64,000 nt of DNA. Source: Octopus sinensis. Taxonomy: Eukaryota. The DNA is taken from assembly GCF_006345805.1 (NCBI RefSeq), contig NC_043022.1:22196001-22260000 (forward strand), written 5' to 3'. Below, piece after piece: positions 13,929 to 27,173 of this stretch; within the stretch, counting starts at the first letter, position 1; each line of letters starts with the position of its first letter. The notes under the pieces are model-generated. The model did not search any database, was not told the origin of the DNA, and was given only the letters and a program-made list of their open reading frames with translations. Both the position numbers and the translations under genes were made by a program.

Positions 13929-15009
13929 AAAAAAAAATGCCTTGCTGTTTTTAGTAACATCCCTTAGATCAACTTTGCCTTTCAGCATTCTAGGGTCAAT
14001 AAAAAAAAATACCAGTCTTAATTGAATTAATCAACTCATCCTTCCTTCCAAATTTAAGACTTTCTGCCTATGTTAAAAATCAATATTGATTAATGAGCCA
14101 TGAGAGACAGGTTCAATATACAGTTGAGGATAAGTGGATGGATGGATGAAGACACTAATGGCATACTGGTGTGAAAGATAACAGTTTTGAAAGAGAATAA
14201 GGACATAGAGATATGAGAAAGGGCAATACAATTAATAACTGATATTAGAAAGAGTTTTGTGGTTGGAGGGGTGAATAGGTGTTTGGCATCAAGCAGCATA
14301 CAATGAGCCAGACAAACCTAAGGAGTTTCTGGAGCTTCTAAATTGAGATGCTGAGGGACTCAATCTTCCACTGATGTAGAGTTTTCTTGAGTTTCGAGTG
14401 ACCACTCCTAAAGAAGGCAACACTTTAGATAGGTCAATTAGCAACATAATTAGGTCAACAAGGGGAATGAAATACTGACTGGACTTTACAATACAAACAG
14501 CAATTAGTATCATCATCATCATCAAAATACAATTAACATTGTCATTTATCATATAATCATTATCATCAACATCAATATCATCTTGAGTGGAAGACGAATA
14601 AAATGAGATAAAGAATCACATTAAAGCAATATAGAAAGAACATTAAATTAGGGAAGGTGCATATAAATGTATGTCCAACAATACTATACTTGTTCCACGT
14701 TCTCGCGTTGTTGTGTTTTCTCTTTGTGTTTTCATGTTTGGATTAACTATATATTATATATATATATATATATGTTTAAAGATCTAGTAGAGGTAGAATC
14801 AACAAAAAGTACTCCATCCAGTGAGAGATGAATATCAATTTAAATACACAAACAAAAGAGCTACTAATAATTTCATGCTTTTATGATACTTGAACAGGCA
14901 TATTTATAAAATGCGGCATATATCTTAAAGCAATCTTTCAGGCTCTGTTTATGCGTTATATATATTTTAAAAACAAGAATGCTAAACAGTAAAAAAAAAT
15001 AAGAAAAAA

Positions 15010-15370
15010 TGTGGAAAAAACATGAAGAAGGTTGGTGCAAACAATGGAAACTTTGTTACATGAGGTTGACGTTACAGCTATGCACCAAGACAAATCAATT
15101 GAAGAGAAGATTTATATTGGGTTATGTGAGGGCAAATTCAAGAGGCATTACGCAAACCACCTATCTTTCCAGCACATCATAAAAGTAATGTAACTAATTT
15201 GGCTAACCAAATATGGAATTTGAAGAGTAGCTCCACATTACATAGAATTAAGTAAAGAATAGGGGAGAAATCCAAGCCATATGTTAATGGAACTAAGATG
15301 TGCAATTTATGTGCAGCAGAAAAATGTCATATTCTTCTTAGGTCATGTATACGCCCAAGTTTTTATTAAC
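15010..15370 (+). mobile_element. Penelope-like GIY-YIG endonuclease remnant (Naiad-like)
   Basis: KIYIGLCEGKFKRHYANHLSF...TNLANQIWNLK...SKPYVNGTKMCNLCAAEKCHIL, with frameshifts. Confidence 0.7.
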
Positions 15371-16360
15371 TACATATATGTATATATGTCATCATCATCG
15401 TTTAACGTCTACCTTCCATGCTAGCATGGATAGGACAGTTTGACAGGAGTTGGCCAGGCAGAAAACAGCACCAGACTTCTGTGTCTGTTTTGGCAGAATT
15501 TTTAAAGCTTGATGCCCTTCCAAACACCAACCACCCAGCAGAGTGGATTGAGTGCTTTTTACATGGCACTTGCACAGGCGAGGTCAGTTTCAGCAAGGTT
15601 TTTACAGCTGGATACCCTTCCAAATGCCAACTACTTTACAGTGTGGACTGGATGCTTTTTACATGACATCAGCACTGGCGGGTGGGTGGGGGGTCACCAT
15701 GTAAGTTGCAAGACAAAGATCCTTTGAGTGGGAAGGGGGACTTGGAGGAGATGATCTTGTGTCACATGATGAAAGGGTATAGTGGGATAGAGAGAGACAG
15801 AAACAGATGCTATGTTATAGAGGCAGTACATGGTTAACTGGCCAGAAAGAGAGAGAGAGGGAGAGTGGATCAGGAATGAGGACAGAAACAGGTATGCTGC
15901 TGTAAAGGAGATATATGGTTACCCAGCCTGAGGGAAGAGCAAGAGAAGAAGAGAGAGAATTGGAGACATAAAGAGTGCAAGAAAGCAGGAGAGTGCTGGG
16001 CATACTCACAAGGGTGGGGATCAGAATATAAATGGGGTGGTTGAGTAAAAGAAGTGAGAGAGAGAGATGGTGGCAAGTGCTAGGACACCTTGAGGTGTGG
16101 AGGTCATAATATTACATACATATATAAGTGTGCATGTGTATGTAAGGTACCCAACATGGCCTCAGCACACTGAACTCAGGTGAGCTAGGTAGAAAGAGAG
16201 AGACGGGAGGCGGTAGAAGTGCTTCGTTTACTGTAAACATCCTATAATAAATACTGAATAGTGCGATTTAGCTTGGAAAAAAGCTAACAGCTACCATGGC
16301 AACAGACAAGTAGTAGTGGTGGTGGTGGTAGTAGTAGTAGTGGTGTTGATGATGGTGATG

Positions 16361-16394
<34 letters not shown>

Positions 16395-16932
16395 CAGCAG
16401 TAGTAAGGTGATGATGATAATGGCAATGCAATTAATTGTTGCTACTACTAGCAGCAGTCACTGTGACAACATATTGTGTGGCTGTCCAGCTTAACAATTT
16501 CAGTGGAGGAAAACAGTGTGTGTGTGTGTGTACACAGAACTGGAGGTTGTGTATATACAGAACTGTTTGCAGTTGTGTATGTACATACCAAGTTGTGTGA
16601 ATGAGCATAGAGTTGTTGTTGTGTGTGTATGAACAGCTGTTGTGTGCAATGGGGTTTGTCATTACTGTATCAATACCTCAGGACATTGGCACCTATGTGC
16701 ACCATGACCACCACTACGGTGGCCAACAACAACTAGCATCTACATCACCACCGCCATGATAATAACCCAAATTCTAAATGACATGGTAGAAATAGCAACC
16801 AAATTACCCTCAGATCACATCCCACTATCTCAACGAAAGAAAAGGGAGACATTGAATCCTGATATACAAAATGATGAGATGGTCATGACTGGAATATATT
16901 TGATCTGTGGCTAAACAACATTATCATATTTC

Positions 16933-17387
16933 AGTTCTATATTTAAGAGATGAGGAATTATGTACATTATTTACATTCGACGGATATTTGTCCTCATCTT
17001 GTTTGTTGTTAACACAACGTTTCGGCTGATATACCCTCCAGCCTTCTTCAGGTGTCTTGGGGAAATTTCAAACTTGGGTTCTCATTCCTAAGGTATTCTT
17101 CGATGTTATTATTATTATTATTATTATTATTGTTCAGGTCACTGCTTGGAATCGAACTCGGAATCTTGGGGTTAGTAGCCCGCGTTCTTAGCCCCAAGAC
17201 TCCGAGTTTAATTCCAAGCAGTGACCTGAACAATAACAATAATAACATCAAAGAATACCTTAGGAACGAGAACCCAGGTTTGAAATTTCCCCAAGACACC
17301 TGAAGAAGGCTGGAGGGTATATCAGCCAAAACGTGTTAACAACAAAGATGAGGAAAAATATCCGTCGAATGTAAATAATATAAATAA
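16933..17387. mobile_element. Inverted duplication of a tRNA-headed, hammerhead-tailed element, flanked by a 12-bp TSD
   Basis: Arms ~16956-17190(-) and ~17191-17389(+) are reverse complements. ttatcatatttc is repeated at 16921-16932 and 17388-17399. Confidence 0.85.
17011..17056 (-). ncRNA. Minimal type I hammerhead ribozyme
   Basis: GACAC-CUGAAGA-A-GGCUG(GAGGGUAUAU)CAGCC-GAAA-CGUU-GUGUU. Stem III is reduced to palindromic ACGU. Confidence 0.75.
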
Positions 17388-17670
17388 TTATCATATTTCT
17401 TCACCACCTAAGTGAAAGTATATGTCATAGTGGCAAGGGTGTTCATGCAACGTCAAGACAAAGATAGACACATAGACACACACACACACACTGGGCTTCT
17501 TATCCACTGATAAGGCTTTGGCTAATCCAGCTGCTATCGCAGGTCATACAACTGCATAGAGCAAGAATGGATAACATATGGAACATGCACTAAAAGCGAT
17601 GCATTTGGATGATTGGAAGAGGTGCAATGCATACCTGATCAATTATTTTTAATTGCTATAGCCAGCCATC

Positions 17671-17898
17671 TTAACCCTTTAGCATTTAAACCGGCCATAT
17701 CTGGCCCAAATATTCTACCTATCTTATGTTCAAACTTGCCAGATTTCGCCTCTCACACCTACCCTACAATGTAATTCTAAATATAAACAATCACACCATC
17801 GAAATCCCAAAGCTATGAAATAATGCATGATTAATTGAAAGCAATGTGAATGCATAACCATTTCATTTGGCTGATTACTCTGAACGCGAAAGGGTTAA
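17671..17898. mobile_element. TTAA-flanked MITE (piggyBac-type ends), family 1
   Basis: ttaaCCCTTT...AAAGGGttaa. Copies at 18703-18929 (inserted at the TTAA of a family D tail) and 53236-53465. Confidence 0.85.
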
Positions 17899-20679
17899 TG
17901 ACCTAAATTTGAAACTGCACAGCAAGAACAAATTGTTTTCTTAGTAAATGGTATTAATGCATTCAAGATGAAATAACTGAAGCTGTTCAACCTCACACCT
18001 AGAATATGAGGAAATGAGTCAGCTTCAATACTGAAAAGAACAGAGTTGATATGCTGAGGATAATGGTAAAGTTTTAAAATATGTTGAAAAAAAATCAGGT
18101 TATTGCAAGAAGCATCTGAAAGTCTTTTACATGATTTTGCTAAAGATGGTAATAAAGCAGTTAAAAATTGCATGGCACCTTGAGTGAGTGTCTTCTACTA
18201 TAGTCCCTGGGTTGACCAGAGCCCTATGAGTGGATTTGCTAGAGATAAATTGAAAGAAGCCTGTTGTGTGTATGTGTGTCCATCTTGGGTATGACATTAA
18301 ACTGCATCCAGTGGTGAAGCTCCAGTTCAGAAGTTCTGGAACTGTGGGGAGGGTACCTGTGGAAGGGGTAGACCCAGGAAAACATAGGACAAAGTGGCAA
18401 TAATGGATCTTCGGATGTTGGACTTCACTGAGGAAATGACAAAGGACTGGGAGGTGTAGTGATTTGCTGTGCTTGATTAGATGTGTCAAGCCAAGTAAAA
18501 TCACTGGCTTGTCCTTTCAGGTACCAGTGCCACATAAAAAAAGCTCTTGCGCTGGTGCTGTGTAAATGCACCTTTGCCAGCAGCATATAGTAAGCAACTA
18601 GCACACTCTGTTAAAGGGTTGGCATTGGGAAGGACCTCCAGATGTCCCAGCTGGTCAGCTCCATGTCAAACCATCAACTCATACCAGCATAGAAACCGGA
18701 CATTAACCCTTTAGTATTTAAACCGGCCATATCCGGCCAAAATAGTTAATCTGTTTTATGTTCAAACTGACCAGATCCAGGCTCTCACACCTAACCTACA
18801 ATGTTATTCTACATTAAGTAATTACACCATCAACATCTTGAAGATATGAGATAATGCATGATTAATTCAAATTAATGGGAATCAATAGGCATTATGTTTG
18901 ATTGAATAATCTGAACACTAAAGGGTTAAACAGTGATGATGATCATACACATCTGTCTTCAAAAAAAAGAAAATACAGGCACTGGATTGTGTGAATACAC
19001 TTTCTGAAAATAATACAAAGTGGTCCTAGCTAGAATGCTTCTGACTTAGGCCTAACCGATATCACATACATCCACACAGGGATTCAGGTAAACCACACAC
19101 ACACACAAACAGCTATTTAAGATAAGGATCACAAACTGAGAGATGAGGTATACAGATAGAAAATAAGAACCAGCTTAATGTCAGATCCTTTGAAGATTAT
19201 CAAGGACTTACACGAATTAACAGATATGTGGGTATATAAATACACACACAGGCACACTCACAAACACTAAGTCTCTCGCTCTTGCACATACACTCTCTCT
19301 CTCACACACACACACACACATCGCTCTGTCTTATACAAACATTAACTGTTGCACACACACTCTTTCACACACACACACGTATTAAGCCAACGGATCCTGT
19401 ATTTGTTTCAGTAATGAGTGTTCTAGTTGTTTGATCAACTTCCTATTATATTCATACAGACTGGGTCAAGCCGTGTCTCTGGTAAAAGACCACATGTTCA
19501 AGGTGCCACATAGGAGAACTAAACACAGGTTACATCTAGTCACCTAGTTTGTCTCTGACCACATACACCTTTCGCTATATGCTATGACAAATACTGTGTA
19601 CCAACATGGTTGGTTGATTTGCCAGAAATAGCAGTGAAATGTCAAACCATACACTATTGTCTGTAAGAAAAACAGTACAACACCTTTACTCTTTTACTTG
19701 TTTCAAATCATTTGACTGCGGCCATGCTGGAGCACCGCCTTTAGTCGAGCAACTCGACCCCGGGACTTATTCTTTGTAAGCCCAGTACTTATTTTATCGG
19801 TCTCTTTTGCCGAACCGCTAAGTTACGGGGACATAAACACACCAGCATCGGTTGTCAAGCAATGCTAGGGGGACAAACACAGACACACAAACACGCACAC
19901 ACATACATATATACGACGGGCTTCTTTCAGTTTCCGTCTACCAAATCCACTCACAAGGATTTGGTCGGCCTGAGGCTATAGTAGAAGACACTTGCCCAAG
20001 GTGCCACACAGTGGGACTGAACCCGGAACCATGTGGTTGGTAAGCAAGTTACTTACCACACAGCCACTAAAGTTTTAGAATATACTATGTCTGAAAATAA
20101 AAACAGATACCTTATCTTGACATGGTCTTGTGATTTTCTAAATATAGCAGCTAAATTATGCTTTGCTATCTTAAAAAGCAGGGGACACTTAGATGCACTA
20201 TCTCTGAATAAAAGATGGAATGGCCACAACTGGAATACCTTTGATTACACTCTCATGAATCAAGACTGCTCTAGGGATTAAATGTTTTCTAGTCCTTTCA
20301 AATTCTCAAGTGAACTTTCTCACTATTTTTATCATGTACACTGATCCAAGCCGGTGAGCTGGCAGAATCATTAGCACGTCAGGTGAAATGCATAATGGTG
20401 TTTCGTCTGCCGCTGCGTTCTGAGTTCAAATTCCGCCGAGGTCGACTTTGCCTTTCATCCTTTCAAGGTCGATAAATTAAGTACCAGTTGAGTACTGGGG
20501 TCAATGCAATCGACTTACCCCTTCCCCCAAAATTTCAGGCCTTGTGCCTATAGCAGAAAAGATCATGTACACTGATCCAGAACATCTGGTCATTTTCTCC
20601 TAATTTTCTGTCTGTCTGTATGTCTGTATTTCTCACTGTCTCTCTCTCTCTCTCTCTCTCTCTCTATGATCTAGCTAGA

Positions 20680-20898
20680 GATCTAAAAATCTGCACAGTT
20701 GAAACATATTGCTTCACCCGTCTGCCAGTTTTTAAGATAATCAAACCAAACTTTCATTTCGAGCCTATCACCCCCAATTAGTATTCCTGCCAAATTTGGT
20801 GAAAATCCGTTCAGCCGGTTTCCAGTAATTTTGTAATTACACAAAGATGAACGATTACAATATCCCGCTTTTGCTTCTGCGCACAAGGTTAAAAAAAT
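20680..20898. mobile_element. Helentron/HINE-like non-autonomous fragment
   Basis: tgccaaatttggtgaaaatccgttcagccgg motif with a terminal A-run. Other HINE-like pieces at ~26620-26826 (gtctgtctg, 3' ctagt) and ~31063-31190. Confidence 0.4.
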
Positions 20899-21365
20899 TA
20901 AAGATTAAAAACTGCATGGAAGAGAACAGACTAATGAGTAGCAGAACAGTTCATAAATAAAAATGACAGATATCCAGTGTTAGACACATTGATGTGGTAC
21001 GATAAACCATCATTCGAACACAGTGTGAGTTAATGGCCATGCTACTAACGCAATTGATAAAGTACTTTCCCAAAAGAATGAGTCACTGTTAAACTTCAAA
21101 AGGATATACATAAGGACAGGATAAGAAAAAGTCAAGTTATTTGAAAAAGCAGTGTTTTGTATCTGATAAGAAATTAAATCTCACAAGTGTCAAAGTATGA
21201 AGTCTGTTTGTGTTATTGAAGAGTAAAAGATTTCTTTCATAAGTAGGTAGGTGGTACTTTTAGCAATAACTATAGCGCTAGGGAGTGTATGTCTCTCTTG
21301 AAGTTATGTTGTAGATTTAATCTTGTTTCTTTAAAATTATCCACATTGAAGTTAGAGGTTAACTA

Positions 21366-21600
21366 TATTATTTACATTTGACGGATATTTGTCCTCATCT
21401 TGTTTGTTGTTAACGCAACGTTTCGGCTGATATACCCTCCAACTTTCATTAGGTGTCTTGGGGAAATTTCGAACCTGAGTTCTCATTCCTCAAGTATTTT
21501 TCGATAGTATTATTATTATTATTATTATTCAGGTCACTGCCTGGAATCGTACTTTGAATCTTGGGGTTAGTAGCCCACGCTCTTAACCACTATGCCATAT
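21366..21600 (-). mobile_element. Solo copy of the tRNA-headed, hammerhead-tailed element
   Basis: Minus strand reads tggcatagtggttaagagcgtgggctactaacccc...gattcc, (aat)n, then gacac-ctaatga...gccgaaacgttgcgtt with a mutated core. Confidence 0.8.
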
Positions 21601-22129
21601 GACTTCTCATTAAATAAGGATGAAAATTTCAAAACAGTTGAAAATTAATAAGATATGAGTAGATATTAAACTTTAAAAATGGTTGAGTCCTGCTCATTGA
21701 TTATAAGTCTGTTCAGTGAGGGGAGACCAGGAGCTAAACAAGAACAAACTGTCAGATCATACAGGTCTACTCACCCAGGGATAAAATATCTATTTGACCA
21801 GGGATAAAATAACAACAGATGACTGTGCTTCATACTAAAAGATGAAGAAGTGCAATTTTTTTCAGTACTGTCCTTAGTGTATGTATCTGAGAGTGGAGTG
21901 TCTGGTAGTGAAGACTATGCAGTGCCTGAGGAGTGTGCGGTTCCTAGTGTATGAGTGTATGTACACTCCAAGCATATTGAATGACACAGGCACAGACACA
22001 CTCAACTTCTCTCTCCCTCAAAAAGATCTCATTAAAAGGGATAATCCAAAAGAAAAAGGTTGTCTATTTTCCACCAGAGAACTATATTTTCCAAACTGCT
22101 GCAGGTTGTACAAATCTGTAAATCCATCT

Positions 22130-23021
22130 TGAAACCAAAGATGGTCGTTTTACTACTAGTGCTGACTTAAGCCACTCAAGTTGCTCATGGTAGATCTCCG
22201 TTGTCGTTTGGTTTGGGTTTAAAAGTTCTAAGTGGACTAAACCTTTCATACCCACCAAACAGATAAGAAAACCTTACGTGGGTGAAGACCTTCTTTAGCT
22301 TGGGATGCCAGTGTTTCTCTTCTTCCTACCCATTATCTTTGGTACTTGACATTTTTATAGAGAACTCATTTCTCATCACCAGTTACTATTCGGTTCAAAA
22401 GAGGTTCATTTGTGAGACATGATAGCAAAGAAAAGCACACATTTACTCTCAGTGTGCAATTAGACTGGGGAAGTTTGTGAGGAACCCACCAACCTAATTT
22501 GCTGACTTATCCGATGGCATTCAAGTGTTGATGAATGGTTGAATGACCAAATCCAAGCTTCTCTACTAGTTCCTCAACAGTTACGATGGGATTTTGTTCC
22601 ACCAGGGTTTGCAGGACATCCTTGTCGAGCTCTACAGATCTTCCAGTAGAAGGCTTATCTTCTAGGCTGTAGTTTCCAGCTCAGAATTTCTGGAACCACT
22701 GTTGACACTGGCTTACACTTATTCTCAGATCCCCATATACTGCATTAATATTCCTTGCACTTTCCATTGCGTTGTTGCCTTTACTGAACTCATAAAGCAA
22801 AATATGCTGAATATGCTTCTTTGTCACTTTCATTATAGCTTTGAAAATACATACATTTTTAAATCGAACTGCATTCTTCAAAACTTACACTAAGAATAAA
22901 TACAAGGTAAAATTACTACCTGCTTTTATAGCAAGTTGATGCAGGTAGTCTATCCTGTCCCACTTTGACTTTTAGTTCATGCAATTGAATAAAACCACAT
23001 TATTTACGGGATGATCCAATA
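22130..23021 (-). mobile_element. Mariner transposon, 5' part with left TIR, decayed
   Basis: MKVTKKHIQHILLYEFSKGNNAMESARNINAVYGD...WFQKF, IVTGDEK, EGLHPRKVFLSVW. TIR-like tattggatcatcccgtaaataatg. Confidence 0.85.
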
Positions 23022-24100
23022 CATATAAATCTTTTGCACATTTCCTGCGACGTTCATGTGTTAATGTCATGTGGCAGTATATTTTGCACCTAAAAAGAAG
23101 ATTGACATGGTTGGGTAAACATGTTTAGTTATAATCAAGGCACTCCAAAATTAATCTGGCTGGTGGGAGAGTAGACAGGAGTCGTTTGTATCTAGTCCAG
23201 TGGCTAAAATTTAGGTTGTTAGTTGTGTAGCTTCCTCATGATAAGTGGCAGAATGAATTTCCGTGTGTGAATAGTTATTTGTGTATGTACTCTGTTAAAG
23301 TTTACGTCTTGGTTTGTACTTCTGTATGAAAGTATTTTCTTTGTTTATCCATGCTTCATTTGTGGTATTCACTGAACATAGGTAGAGTGGGAAGATCTGG
23401 AATTTGGAGGACTTATTTTTTGCACATATATCTATGCGACCACTTAGTGGAATCTGTCTAGTACTAGGATCTCATATTTCTTGTTGGTGAATGGTCTGTC
23501 TATTTCTTAGAGTAAGCTCTGACCTATGTAATCTTCATTACATTCTTGACATTTGATAGCGCATATTAAATTCCTTGAAGAACATGTAAATTGACTTTTT
23601 ACGGTAAAAGTCTGTCCTGATTTGAATTTGTATGTTGTGTCTTCAATAAGGTTGATGTAGGAATATAGCAGGAAATGTACAAAGGTTAACTTAATGTGCT
23701 CATTCTCTACAAACACCTGACAGAAAATATTCAGAGCATTGATTGTTTGGACATGATCAGTCAACCATGTCAGCCTTAACTTATGACGTCAAACATTGTC
23801 ACTTGATACTAACACACAGACGTAACAGGAAATGTAGAAAAATTTCTAAGACCAGTCATGTCACTATCTTCTACCAATCAAATCCCATTCAAAACATATA
23901 CTAATTTGAGTCATAAACTCCTTATAAAAATAGGGCAAGCTTCAAACACTAATCAGAAGTAAAACAGCTGTGACATAATCTACATCCTTCTATTTGAACC
24001 TTTTGAAAATTAGTGTAAACTGTGAAACCGGTTAAAGCTTTAAATATATTAATAAAGAATATTTTAACTATTCTCAATGCATTTTCAACTTCTATTTTGA
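23022..24100 (-). mobile_element. 5'-truncated Penelope-like element: GIY-YIG endonuclease remnant plus inverted pLTR-like segment
   Basis: FTCSSRNLICAIKCQECNEDYIGQS...WINKENTFIQKYKP at ~23300-23650(-). The 3'UTR at ~23025-23115 recurs inverted and diverged at ~23760-23850. Decayed hammerhead-like motif (gaaaccggtt) at ~24000-24037. Confidence 0.8.
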
Positions 24101-24127
24101 TACGCACACACACACACACGCACACAA

Positions 24128-24167
<40 letters not shown>

Positions 24168-25189
24168 CACAGGAGTGGCTGTGTGGTAAGTAGCTTGCTT
24201 ACCAACACACGGTTATGGGTTCAGTCCCACTTCATGGCACTTTCGGCAAGCGTCTTCTACTATAGCCTTGGGCCGACCAAAGCCTTGTGAGTGGATTTGG
24301 TAGACAGAAACTGAAAGAAGCCCGTCGTGTATATATATGTGTGTGTGTGTGCGTGTGTGTTTGTGTGTCTATCTTTGTCCCCCTAGCATTGCTTGACAAC
24401 TGATGCTGGTGTGTTAATGTCCCCGTAAATTAGCGGTTTGGCAAAAGAGACTGATAGAATAAGTACCGGGCTTACAAAGAATAAGTCCTGGGGTCGATTT
24501 ACTCGACTAAAAGCAGTGCTCCAGCATGTGCATATTTTGTGATTCCACAATCTTTGCTGGTTGCAGAATGAGTTTGTCAAATCAAAGCAATTTGGTTTAA
24601 TTTGTTTTTGCCGGTGGCACGTAAAAAGCACCATCCGTTCGTGTCCGTTGCCAGCCTCGCCAGGCCCCCGTGCCGGTGGCACGTAAAAGCACCATCCGTT
24701 CGTGGCCATTTGCCAGCTCCATCTGGCACCTGTGCGGGTCGCACATAAAAAGCACCCACTAAACTCACGGAGTGGTTGGCATTAGGAAGGGCATCCAGCC
24801 GTAGAAATACTGCCAGATCAGACTGGGCCTGGTGCAGCCTTCTGGCTTCACAGACCCCAGTTGAACCGTCCAACCCATGCTAGCATGGAAAGCGGACGCT
24901 AAATGATGATGATGATGATAATTCTATACCTGGTTGCACATGTCAATCCTATCCATAAAGATTATGAAGAGGAGAGGTGATAGTTTACACCCCTGGTGGA
25001 GCCTAATACACACATTGAGTGGTCTTGATTAAGTACCATTTATCCAAACACAAATACAAGGGCATTTATATGGAGGCTACAAAAAGTTCCCATTAGAAAA
25101 TGAGTCATCAATCTATGTGTTTTCATAGCTGGTAACAAGGAAAAAGAAGAAAGAAGGAAAAAGAATGTAGGAAACGGAACACTAAGTCA

Positions 25190-25600
25190 AATAGTTTTGT
25201 GTAAATATGATGGAATTTTCACCGTCAGTTTGTTCATTCTGCCTGGGTGTGACATTAGTAATTCACAAACATATTCATCCCCATGTGTTCTGAGGACTGA
25301 AAGAGCAATGGAGTCGTAATAGTTTCTGAGAATGTGTACTTTCAGGCGTACCACAAATTTATAGTTATTTGATGTAAAATGTTTGGCAAGTTCTGTCAAA
25401 CTACTGTTATTGTGCCAGAATTTTATTTAATTTTTTGGGGTTGTGCAACCAACATAAATCAAGTTGTGTTTAGTGCATTCTGCTGCATACACCAAATAGG
25501 AATCATTACACATCCCACCTTCTGTATAAATCATAACATTTCTGTTATGATTTGTGATGGAACTGACTTTGCCTCGTGTTTTTTTGCATGATGCTTTTCC
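25190..25600 (-). mobile_element. Penelope-like GIY-YIG remnant (third family)
   Basis: LVYAAECTKHNLIYVGCT...TELAKHF...LKVHILR...EYVCELLMSHPGRMNK across frames. Confidence 0.6.
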
Positions 25601-26871
25601 GCTTTTTTTTTTTTGTTTCTTCTTTTTTCTTTCCCTCGTGACCAGTTATGAAAAAGCAAAAATTGATAATGTTGTTTTGTCTAAAAAAGATATTCCAGTT
25701 TAAATCTTGAATTTCTGTATTTCTGTGTTTTCCATTTTGAACCCGAGAATGATAGATATACTGTCAAAATATTTTTCAATTCAATAAACAGATTTCAACC
25801 CTTTTGTTACTGTATTTATTTTGAGATGCTCTGTGTTTCTTTCAGTTAATTTTAAATATAACAAAGAATTTAGTAAAATAATGTAGTTATCATTAAGCTA
25901 GTGTTAGGAACATAAATTGTGACTAAGGTTTGGTGGAAGATTTTAATTCACAACATATGCAAACAAGACATTTGTACTGAGAGCCAGAGCCGGTTTCAGC
26001 CAGGTTGGTAATGAAAGGGTTAAAATCATCCTTTGCATGTTCAGTTGATTTTGAGGTATTATTTCTGTCCAAGTAGAAGGCTTTTCACCTCAACCTTCAA
26101 ATGAAATCATTTGTTCTGTATATAAGAAGACTCGTGTATTGTTCCTGGTTCAAGCTCAGTATATCTTTAGAAAAAAGAATTCCATGTTCACTTTTTCCAT
26201 CCCACCAGTTGGTATGCCAGAAATGTCTGGTATGCCAGAAGTATCCAAAGTATTAGCAGGGAAGACTTCATATATTTCAATAACAATGGATCCATATAGA
26301 ACCAAGGCACATCAACATGAAACATGCCACTAATTGGCTAGACAGAATGACACAGAGCTAACAATGCAGGATTTTGGTAATTATATATATAAAATTAGCA
26401 TAAGTCATTATATCTCCTTCTCTCTCTTTGTCTCTATAATGTTTAGATGCCCATCCTCTTAATATACTCATTAAAAGCAATTTAACGGCTATAATACTTT
26501 CACTACCTCTCAATTTCATAGAAATACTAATAGATCATTTAGACAGATAAACTTTGATACTTTCATTGTAAATGTATATCATGGAAGCATTAACGGACCA
26601 TGTAACTGAATACATCTTACTATATCTTCTTACTATAATGGGCGTTATGTCTGTCTGTCTGTACCCACTTCACGGTCAAATGGCTGGACCAATGGCTATG
26701 ATGTTTTTTGGCATTACAAAGGAGGTAATCAGGTAGGTTTTTAGACAAAAAAAATGTGGAAAAGTATGATTATTTAGTGGATATTGAGTGAACCACACTC
26801 CCCCTCCAACCAGCAGGCCAGCTAGTTTCTGGGTGTGTACCCTTCTTACCACACAGCCATACCTGCACCTG

Positions 26872-26934
<63 letters not shown>

Positions 26935-27064
26935 GTAGGTCCCGGGTTGATTCGGGGTTAACCACAGTAAATAAGGTACTCAATACATAGCAGAGTAAAA
27001 TTAATTTATTATATAGAAGGAGCTTCTACAGGACTAGAACTGTTTCATTCAAGAGAAATCTTCA

Positions 27065-27119
27065 GGAGCTTCCTGAAGATTTCTCTTGAATGAAACAGTT
27101 CTAGTCCTGTAGAAGCTCC
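27065..27119 (+). ncRNA. Type I hammerhead ribozyme within a 131-bp palindrome
   Basis: GGAGCUUC-CUGAAGA-UUUC(UCUU)GAAU-GAAA-CAG(UUCUAGUC)CUG-UA-GAAGCUCC. Perfect 8-bp stem I, closed stem III, predicted cut after GUA at 27111. Confidence 0.75.
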
Positions 27120-27132
27120 TTCTATATAATAA

Positions 27133-27173
<41 letters not shown>

